From: an uncultured Bacteroidota bacterium
GTDB lineage: Bacteria; Bacteroidota; Bacteroidia; Bacteroidales; SZUA-534
DNA: 64,000 bases
Direction of reading: 5' to 3'
NCBI GenBank assembly: GCA_946404125.1
Contig: CAMJCK010000016.1
Span: forward strand, 2,040 to 66,039
Shown here piece after piece: positions 37,981 through 45,042 of this stretch (its first letter is position 1; the number at the start of each line of letters is the position of its first letter). The position numbers and the translations under genes were made by a program. Under the pieces are notes generated by a model. The model was not told the DNA's origin and ran no database searches. It was given only the letters and a program-made list of their open reading frames with translations.

Positions 37981-38940
37981 ATGAAAAAAATAGGACTTAC
38001 ACTTGCGGCCGGACTATTGAGCATAGCCGGTTTCGCACAAATGGGTGGTGGTTTCGGAGGCTTTGGCGGTAACCAAAGCAGCACCGACACAATGCGATAC
38101 TCGCAGAAATTCCTCAACATCAACTATGCCGGCGACAATGAGGTTTACCACAATCTCGACATCTATCTGCCGAAAGAAGAAAAAGCAAGCTATCCGGTGG
38201 TTATCCACATCTACGGGAGCGCTTGGTTCAGCAACAACTCGAAGGGCGCAGCCGACCTCAACACCATCTGTGCCGCCCTACTCGATGTCGGCTACGCCGT
38301 TGTAACACCAAACCACCGTTCGAGCGGCGATGCCAAATATCCTGCTCAGATAAACGATATTAAGGCTGTTATCCGCTTTGTACGCGGTAATGCCGAGAAG
38401 TATAAATTCGACACGTCGTTTATCGCCACATCAGGTTTTTCGTCGGGCGGGCACTTGGCCTCGCTTGCCGCCACCACGCGCAACGAGAAGGTTGCCGATG
38501 TTGACGGTTACAAAGTTGACCTTGAAGGCAACGTGGGGCAGTTCACCAATTTCAGCAGCAGTGTTGACGCTGCCTGCGACTGGTCGGGCCCTGTGGATTT
38601 GATGCATATGGACTGCGGCGAGGCTATGAAAATGCCGACATCGCCTGAAGAGGTTGTTTTGGGCGTTCCAATGGCAGGCAACGAGAACCGCTACAAAGCT
38701 TTGAGCGCACCCACATTCATCGACCCATCAGACCCGCCTATCATTGTTTGCCACGGCAAAAAGGATAATGTGGTGCCATTCTGCCAGGGAGAATCGTTCT
38801 ACAACGCACTGAAAGCAAAAGGTGTCAAGACAGATTTCATTCCGGTTGAAGACGGCGGACACGGATTCAATATGTACTCGAAAGAGAATCTGGCAAAGAT
38901 GGTTAATTTCTTGAACGAGGCACGTGCAGCAAAGAAATAA
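37981..38940 (+). CDS. secreted alpha/beta-hydrolase (carbohydrate esterase-like; BD-FAE/acetyl-xylan-esterase-type suspected)
   Basis: Signal peptide 'MKKIGLTLAAGLLSIAGFAQ'. 'LDIYLPK...YPVVIHIYGSAW'. Nucleophile elbow 'GFSSGGH'. C-terminal 'HGKKDNVVP' and 'GGHGF'. Confidence 0.75.
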   Translation: MKKIGLTLAAGLLSIAGFAQMGGGFGGFGGNQSSTDTMRYSQKFLNINYAGDNEVYHNLDIYLPKEEKASYPVVIHIYGSAWFSNNSKGAADLNTICAALLDVGYAVVTPNHRSSGDAKYPAQINDIKAVIRFVRGNAEKYKFDTSFIATSGFSSGGHLASLAATTRNEKVADVDGYKVDLEGNVGQFTNFSSSVDAACDWSGPVDLMHMDCGEAMKMPTSPEEVVLGVPMAGNENRYKALSAPTFIDPSDPPIIVCHGKKDNVVPFCQGESFYNALKAKGVKTDFIPVEDGGHGFNMYSKENLAKMVNFLNEARAAKK

Positions 38941-38967
38941 TAAATTAGAAATCAATAGAAAAGCGAA

Positions 38968-39001
38968 CGGCCCCGACAAAAAGAAATCGGGGCCGTTTTT
39001 A
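38968..39001 (+). terminator. Rho-independent terminator after the esterase gene
   Basis: CGGCCCCGA / TCGGGGCCG stem followed by TTTTTATT. Confidence 0.8.
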
Positions 39002-39020
39002 TTGCTATGCGGAATAGCTG

Positions 39021-39052
39021 TAAGGCGAGCTGATGCTCTATGAGCTGGACGG
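39021..39052. repeat. solo degenerate copy of the GCGAGCTGA(A/T)GCTCGC element
   Basis: 'GGCGAGCTGATGCTCTATGAGCTGGACGGAC' aligns with 'TGCGAGCTGATGCTCGCTACGCTAAATGGACGAG' of the array (37494-37527). Confidence 0.6.
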
Positions 39053-39109
39053 ACATAGCGGATATAATCCGCCTATAAATGCCGGAACACAAGGATCAGA
39101 AATTTTTGA

Positions 39110-39117
39110 TAGATTTG
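39110..39117 (+). promoter_or_regulatory. -7 box TAGATTTG for nfeD-CPBP
   Basis: Exact TAnnTTTG match 25 nt upstream of the ATG at 39142. Confidence 0.5.
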
Positions 39118-39141
39118 TGTACGAAACGAATGCACACGAAT

Positions 39142-40536
39142 ATGAGAAAACTCGCAGTTTTATTGGCATTTATACTTGTGACTGCAAGCCATTTGCCAGC
39201 AGCCACCGACAGCACCGCACGTGTTGTATTGTTTGAAATGAACGAGGAAGTGAGTCCGTCGTTGTGGGTTAAAACACAGAAGGCGTTCGAGTTGGCCTAC
39301 ACCGATAGCGCCGACTTGATTCTCCTTCATATAAACACCTACGGCGGCACGGTGGTGGATGCCGACTCCATCCGCACACGGATACTGAACAGCACAATTC
39401 CGGTGGTGGCGTTTATCGACAACAACGCAGCCTCGGCGGGGGCGCTGATAGCTATCGCCTGCGACAAAATCTATATGCGGAAGAGCGCAAGCATTGGCGC
39501 GGCAACAGTGGTGAACCAAAGCGGCGAGGCAATGCCCGACAAGTATCAAAGCTATATGCGCGGCATTATGCGGGCCACGGCCGAAGCGCACGGCTGCGAC
39601 ACGCTGATTAACGGCACCGACACCACCTATAAATGGCTGCGAAACCCTCAGATTGCCGAGGCAATGGTTGACCAAGACATCTGCATCGACGGACTGATTG
39701 AAGCCGGCAAAGTGCTTACTTTCACATCATCGGAAGCCATTGAACACGGTTTTTGCGACGGACTAGCCGAAAGCATTCCCGAGGTGCTCGAACTTGCCGG
39801 ACGCCCCAATGCCGTCATCACCGAATACCACCCCACCGGACTCGACCGCACGCTCGGCTGGCTGATGAATCCGGCTTTGCAAGGGCTGCTCATTATGGCC
39901 ATAATCGGCGGCATCTATTTTGAGATGCAATCGCCCGGAATCGGCTTTCCGTCGGTGATTGCAGTCGGCGCAGCTATTCTATACTTTGCGCCGCTCTACA
40001 TCGAAGGACTGGCCGCCCATTGGGAAATAGCACTCTTTATTCTGGGTATCATACTGATAATCATCGAACTATTTGCCTTTCCGGGATTTGGAGTCTGCGG
40101 CATTTCAGGAATTGTTCTGGCCGTGACCGGACTCACAATGGCTATGGTCGGGAATCTCGACGGTGACGTGCCATCCATCAGCCCCGACGATGTGCTGAAA
40201 TCACTCCTACTGGTAATCATATCATCATCAGTATCAATAGGTTTATGTCTGTGGATAAGCTCAAAATTCTACACCGCAACCATTTTTGGCAACCGATTGT
40301 CGCTCACCGCCACGCAAAAAACCGATGAAGGTTTCGTTGCGGTCAGCCCCGATTTAAAGCAGTTTATCGGGCAGACAGCCATTGCCGAGACAGTGTTACG
40401 ACCATCGGGCAAAATAATTATAGACAAACACGTTATCGATGCAAAATCGGTTTATGGGTTCATTGAAAAGGGCACAAAAGTTGAGATTGTAGGCTGCGAG
40501 ACCGGGCAACTGTACGTCAAACCAACATCGAACTGA
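39142..40536 (+). CDS. long-form NfeD-family membrane protein (ClpP/S49-like serine protease domain + TM segments + C-terminal NfeD OB-fold)
   Basis: Signal peptide 'MRKLAVLLAFILVTASHLPA'. 'INTYGGTVVDA...NNAASAGALIAIACD'. Central hydrophobic helices. C-terminal 'LRPSGKIIID...VEIVGCETGQLYVKP'. Confidence 0.8.
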   Translation: MRKLAVLLAFILVTASHLPAATDSTARVVLFEMNEEVSPSLWVKTQKAFELAYTDSADLILLHINTYGGTVVDADSIRTRILNSTIPVVAFIDNNAASAGALIAIACDKIYMRKSASIGAATVVNQSGEAMPDKYQSYMRGIMRATAEAHGCDTLINGTDTTYKWLRNPQIAEAMVDQDICIDGLIEAGKVLTFTSSEAIEHGFCDGLAESIPEVLELAGRPNAVITEYHPTGLDRTLGWLMNPALQGLLIMAIIGGIYFEMQSPGIGFPSVIAVGAAILYFAPLYIEGLAAHWEIALFILGIILIIIELFAFPGFGVCGISGIVLAVTGLTMAMVGNLDGDVPSISPDDVLKSLLLVIISSSVSIGLCLWISSKFYTATIFGNRLSLTATQKTDEGFVAVSPDLKQFIGQTAIAETVLRPSGKIIIDKHVIDAKSVYGFIEKGTKVEIVGCETGQLYVKPTSN

Positions 40537-40539
40537 GAA

Positions 40540-41352
40540 ATGGAACAAACATTTGAAACATCGTCAAACCACTCAATTTCAATCAAGCAGGCACTGGCAA
40601 TTCTGTGCGTCACAATTGCAATGACCATACCAGCATCGCTTGTCACCGCCCAACTGCTGAAATTGACTCCCGACCTAAAATCGTTGGTAACAATGTTGGG
40701 CTATATTCTACAATTTGCCGGAACACTTGCCATAGTATATTTTATTTGGAATCTGAAAGTTACAGATTTCAAAAAAGTCAAAACAATACTATTCCCGATT
40801 GCTTTGGTAATGACTTTCGCTTTATCGATAATCTCGGAATCAATTTGTTCACTGATACCAATGCCTGATTTTGTGGCACGCATTTTCAGCGAAGCTATAA
40901 CGCTTGATTTTGCTGGATACCTGACCGTTGGAATCATTGCACCTTTTCTTGAAGAATGGCTGTTTCGCGGCATCATTTTGGCCGCGCTGCTGCGCCGGTA
41001 CGAGCCCCGCAAGGCTATCATCTGGTCAGCGGTGATTTTCGGCCTTGCCCACCTCAACCCGTGGCAGTTCATTGCCGCGTTCATCATCGGGTGCGCAATG
41101 GGGTGGCTTTTCTGGCGCACACGAAGCATTTGGATTGGCATTTTTATGCATTGGGCCAACAACACGGTCGGATTTCTGTTGGGATACCTCTCCGGCGATA
41201 TGAACGCGTCGGCAAGCGATTATTTCGGTGGCCCGACGAATTCTGCCATCATTCTGATTTTATGTGTGATAGCCACGTTTGGATGCATTAAGGTCTTTCA
41301 AAAGATTCTCAACAGAGAAGAGCCGATGACAAGCGACAGCCTATTGCCGTAA
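40540..41352 (+). CDS. CPBP-family (CAAX protease/Abi) intramembrane metalloprotease
   Basis: Motifs 'EEWLFRG', 'FGLAHL' and 'HWANN'. Multi-pass membrane protein. Starts 4 nt after the nfeD stop. Confidence 0.85.
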   Translation: MEQTFETSSNHSISIKQALAILCVTIAMTIPASLVTAQLLKLTPDLKSLVTMLGYILQFAGTLAIVYFIWNLKVTDFKKVKTILFPIALVMTFALSIISESICSLIPMPDFVARIFSEAITLDFAGYLTVGIIAPFLEEWLFRGIILAALLRRYEPRKAIIWSAVIFGLAHLNPWQFIAAFIIGCAMGWLFWRTRSIWIGIFMHWANNTVGFLLGYLSGDMNASASDYFGGPTNSAIILILCVIATFGCIKVFQKILNREEPMTSDSLLP

Positions 41353-44300
41353 GATTTTGATTACAACCGGTTGGCTGCCATCAACAGCAATTCTGGCAAA
41401 ATAGAAGCCTGGCTGCCAGTCAACTGCATTTGTTATACTCAATGAGTGCTCGCCTTCCGAGTAGAATTTGCCACCAAAATCAGCCAAAACACGCCCTTGC
41501 GCTGAAAAGATTTGAACACGGACATTGCCGGCAACAGCCTGATGCCAAACAATTTCAGCATTATCACTGAACGGATTGGGCTGGCAGAACGCAAAAGTTT
41601 CAGGTTGTTCGAGCTCATCGCCAACACCAACACGGAAACTGTCATCTACAATGCTGAAATCGCGGTGCGACGGGCTGAACGAGCCGTTTTGAGCCCCGGG
41701 AGTGCCATGTAAGTCATTAGCTTGCCACAGCTTGCGGGCAATATTATCGGCAAACGGGTCGGTTAGAGCCAATGTGTAGCCATTACCGTCAGCATCCGCC
41801 CACGTCTTGCTGTTGTACTCAATCTCATCGACCAGATTACCCTCGGAATCAAACAGTTGCACTTTATCGTGAGTACCTAGACGGAACGCGAAATTACCGA
41901 TTACATTTTGCAAGCCCGGATTCAAGCTGACCAGTTTGTTGCGGTTGGCGCACGCAACCAAGTAACCATATGGCGGAATGATAGTTCCAACGGGAATTGT
42001 AAACGCCTCTGCAACAATTTCGCCAGAAATTTTCCAACCCGAAATATTGATTGCCGCAGCAGTGGTATTGTAAAGTTCTATCCAGTCTTTCGTGTCGAAA
42101 TCATCGGCCGACTTATAATTTATCTCATTGATAACAACACTGTTATAAGTATCGTTTGCGGGTTCGAAAACAGCCGTGTACCGCATAGCCTTGCTCAGCG
42201 TAACCTTGATGCCCGCGTGAGTATCAACTGTCTGATTGTCGCCATCGACCCAACGAGCGAACTTGTAACCCGGCCGCGCCACCGCCCTCAACGAGACCGG
42301 CACTTCCGAGAAATATATTCCGCTCCAGGGGAAGCTTTTCAATGTCAGCGAGTTAAGTTGAATATAGCCCGCTTTGCCGTCGTTGGCATCGAGCGTTATT
42401 TTCACTTCACTACCAACCGAAAAATGGTCACGAATATGGGCGCGCAAATATGACGGACGCTCCTCGGCGAAAGTGCGCAAAACAGAAATACTGCTCTGCC
42501 AATCGCCAATGGTATGCCAACGATTAATATGATAGCGAATCTCACCGGAAATATTTCCCGACAAGCTATCAATCAGCGAATTAACGACATCCGGCCTGAA
42601 TTCGTTATTCAAACGGTCGGCAAAACGATTCACAAAGTTTTGAACGAATTTTTCGCTGGCTGTAAGTTTCTTCAAGAAAAATGTCGGTCCTGAATTATTT
42701 TGCAGACACGAACCCAAATTGTCCTCATCATAACCGCTAGAATAAAGGCCGAAACCAAAATCGGTATCATAGGCAATCCAACGCCAGCGACCACCCTCAA
42801 CCCGAGGATGCCAGAATTTACAGTTATTGCCCGGCCAGTCGCCGTTGTTACAATATATCTCAAGTACCATATACTCAATATATTCGTCTATGTCCATTTG
42901 TGTGGCGATGTAGTCGTAATAAGCTTCGTTCGACATTGAATGTGACCTGATATAATTTTTCATTGCAACAAAATGGACATCTTCTCCGTGGACGATAGTA
43001 CCGTTAAGTTCCAATAAGTCAACACTGTCCGCATCAACCCAATTGTAATTGTTAGCAACATAGTGCTCGTTAATCTTTTCACGGATATTCAGAATGCCCC
43101 AATATTCACCATTCAGATAGACAACCGATGGCTGATATGCCTGAATATCAATATTATTATTACGAACAAGGCCGGTAATCATTGCATCTCGGAACATAGT
43201 TTTGTACCAATCGTTTCCTGAATTTCGGAGCACAAACGATTTAAAGCTGGATATATCCTTATTATTGAACAATTTACAATCGAACCTGTTTTTGCCATAG
43301 GCGTTGCGCGCGTGGAATGCGAACGACTTCTGAGCGTGAGCGCGGCTCCACGCTCCGGCAATTTTCACACCTGCGTCCTGGTTAATTTTTTCGATTCCGT
43401 CGGGCCAGAAAAGCTCAACGTGCATTGGACGCTCCCAATCTTTATGATAATTGGCTCCAAAGTGCGGGTCAGCCTCCTCCGCATCGGGACCCTCGACGTA
43501 AATTCCATAATTATAGTCGTATAGATTGTACGGGTCAGTTACCAGCGAGAAAACCGGCAACGATGTTTTGTGGTCGGGGAAAATAAACGAGCGTGTGGCT
43601 GGTTGACCGGGTAAAAGCGTGTCGCAATACGATACAGCACGGACAATTGTTGTTTTTGACAACGACAACGGTGAACTGTAAAGTTTGGATTTTGCCGTTG
43701 GAACACTTCCATCTGTTGTGTAATAGATTGGCGTTCCGGCTGCTGAAGACATTGTCAGAGTTTGTTTCCCGGTTTGCAAACCTCCTGTCAACGAGAAAGT
43801 AATGACGTTTGTTCGCGCCGATGAATATGATTTTGTGGTATTTGCCACACCAGGCGTCGGCTCCGCAAAAAAACGCCATTTTCCATTTCCGTCAGGCAAA
43901 AGACCGCGCGACACATCGTTCGGAACCACTGTGCTATCAGTCTGACACACAATCTTTCCGGATGGATTTACAAGAAAAATCGGCTCGCCATCGGCAGAAA
44001 TGCTGAAATTGGTATGGAAAAATTTTGCTTCGCTTTTCGACTGCAAACCAATCAGTTCGCTTGGCTGTTTGCCACTTTTGACAGTTGAGCCTACGGTTAG
44101 AAACGGATAAAGCAGCAAGTCACCCGAAGTCTCGCTTACGTTGTGAATCTGAATGGCAAGCGTATTTTCACCTTCCACCAGGCAATCAATATGTTTCGAC
44201 AAATTGAAATGCGCTAACGGACTGCCGTTTGCAAGCAACGGATTAACATAGTCTGGTGTTGTGGCATCGTAAGGCGTGATGTCACCCCCCTCGCCCAAAT

Positions 44301-44910
44301 TCACTCGCGCCACCTCGCGACCATTTATGTAAACCACAAAACCATCGTCATAGTCCAAATTAAGATGCAGTTCCTTTATTGCTTTCAAATCATTGATTGA
44401 GAATTTTTTGCGGACAAAAACCGATATGGTTCCACTCGGCACTTCGGTTGCCGCATAGCTTGAGTTATACCCGAATCCGCCTTTGCCGATAGCCCATTTT
44501 GAATCGTCATAATCAGCTTTGTACCAACCTTTTGCTATTGAAGACGAACCAATGGCGTATGCAAAGTTGTCTGTAGCCTCAACAAGCGGATTGTAATAAA
44601 CCTCATCACCATCAAAACACTCGTAAAGGTCCTTGCCAGAGGCATAAACAAGCAAATATGCGCCCGGTTTCAGAACATACGAAGGGAACGTCCACTTTGT
44701 GAGATTCGAAGCCTTGTCCGACAAATGCCAGCCTTGTAAATCGACATCTGCCGACGAAGCGTTATACAACTCAATCCAATCAGAATTGTCGCCATATTCA
44801 TCTAAAAATGAGGTTGATGACGAGCAATACTCATTGATAACCACTTGTGCCTCGGCAACAACATTTGCCAAAGCAATAATCAAAACCGATACAACTTTTA
44901 ATGCCTTCAT
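41341..44910 (-). CDS. CotH-kinase-family protein, paralogue 1: split lamin-tail domain with inserted jelly-roll, Fn3-associated module, CotH core, InlB-B-like repeat, second lamin-tail domain, T9SS sorting domain
   Basis: Start placed at 'MKALKVVSVLIIALANVVAEAQ'. Motifs: 'VVINEY...DWIELYN...GWHLSD'; 'LRNSGND...QAYQPSVVYLNGEYWGILNIREK...GGRWRWIAYDTD'; 'VVINEINYKSADDFDTKDWIELYNTT'; C-terminus 'QPNPFSD...GFYFARIAVDG...IKILRQ'. Confidence 0.8.
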   Translation of the reverse strand: MKALKVVSVLIIALANVVAEAQVVINEYCSSSTSFLDEYGDNSDWIELYNASSADVDLQGWHLSDKASNLTKWTFPSYVLKPGAYLLVYASGKDLYECFDGDEVYYNPLVEATDNFAYAIGSSSIAKGWYKADYDDSKWAIGKGGFGYNSSYAATEVPSGTISVFVRKKFSINDLKAIKELHLNLDYDDGFVVYINGREVARVNLGEGGDITPYDATTPDYVNPLLANGSPLAHFNLSKHIDCLVEGENTLAIQIHNVSETSGDLLLYPFLTVGSTVKSGKQPSELIGLQSKSEAKFFHTNFSISADGEPIFLVNPSGKIVCQTDSTVVPNDVSRGLLPDGNGKWRFFAEPTPGVANTTKSYSSARTNVITFSLTGGLQTGKQTLTMSSAAGTPIYYTTDGSVPTAKSKLYSSPLSLSKTTIVRAVSYCDTLLPGQPATRSFIFPDHKTSLPVFSLVTDPYNLYDYNYGIYVEGPDAEEADPHFGANYHKDWERPMHVELFWPDGIEKINQDAGVKIAGAWSRAHAQKSFAFHARNAYGKNRFDCKLFNNKDISSFKSFVLRNSGNDWYKTMFRDAMITGLVRNNNIDIQAYQPSVVYLNGEYWGILNIREKINEHYVANNYNWVDADSVDLLELNGTIVHGEDVHFVAMKNYIRSHSMSNEAYYDYIATQMDIDEYIEYMVLEIYCNNGDWPGNNCKFWHPRVEGGRWRWIAYDTDFGFGLYSSGYDEDNLGSCLQNNSGPTFFLKKLTASEKFVQNFVNRFADRLNNEFRPDVVNSLIDSLSGNISGEIRYHINRWHTIGDWQSSISVLRTFAEERPSYLRAHIRDHFSVGSEVKITLDANDGKAGYIQLNSLTLKSFPWSGIYFSEVPVSLRAVARPGYKFARWVDGDNQTVDTHAGIKVTLSKAMRYTAVFEPANDTYNSVVINEINYKSADDFDTKDWIELYNTTAAAINISGWKISGEIVAEAFTIPVGTIIPPYGYLVACANRNKLVSLNPGLQNVIGNFAFRLGTHDKVQLFDSEGNLVDEIEYNSKTWADADGNGYTLALTDPFADNIARKLWQANDLHGTPGAQNGSFSPSHRDFSIVDDSFRVGVGDELEQPETFAFCQPNPFSDNAEIVWHQAVAGNVRVQIFSAQGRVLADFGGKFYSEGEHSLSITNAVDWQPGFYFARIAVDGSQPVVIKILRQ

Positions 44911-44985
44911 AATAACGTTTTCTACGAGAGCATAAGTAGTAGGTTCCTCAAACAAAAGTTTTTTCCGCATATTCTCCCAATTCAT

Positions 44986-45011
44986 AAAAAAAGGCAGCCA
45001 GCAATGCTGCC
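44986..45011 (-). terminator. Rho-independent terminator after CotH paralogue 2
   Basis: The minus strand reads GGCAGC-ATTGCTG-GCTGCC followed by T7. Related in sequence to the terminator at 48286-48329. Confidence 0.65.
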
Positions 45012-45042
45012 AACTGCCAATTTTTATGTTCTCACAAAAGAG

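Noticed and set aside
41341-41352. 12-nt convergent overlap of the CPBP gene and CotH paralogue 1 3' ends, considered as a possible antisense-regulation device.
   Set aside because: Short convergent overlaps are common and need no special explanation. No hairpin or conserved motif is visible at the junction. It is noted only as context.
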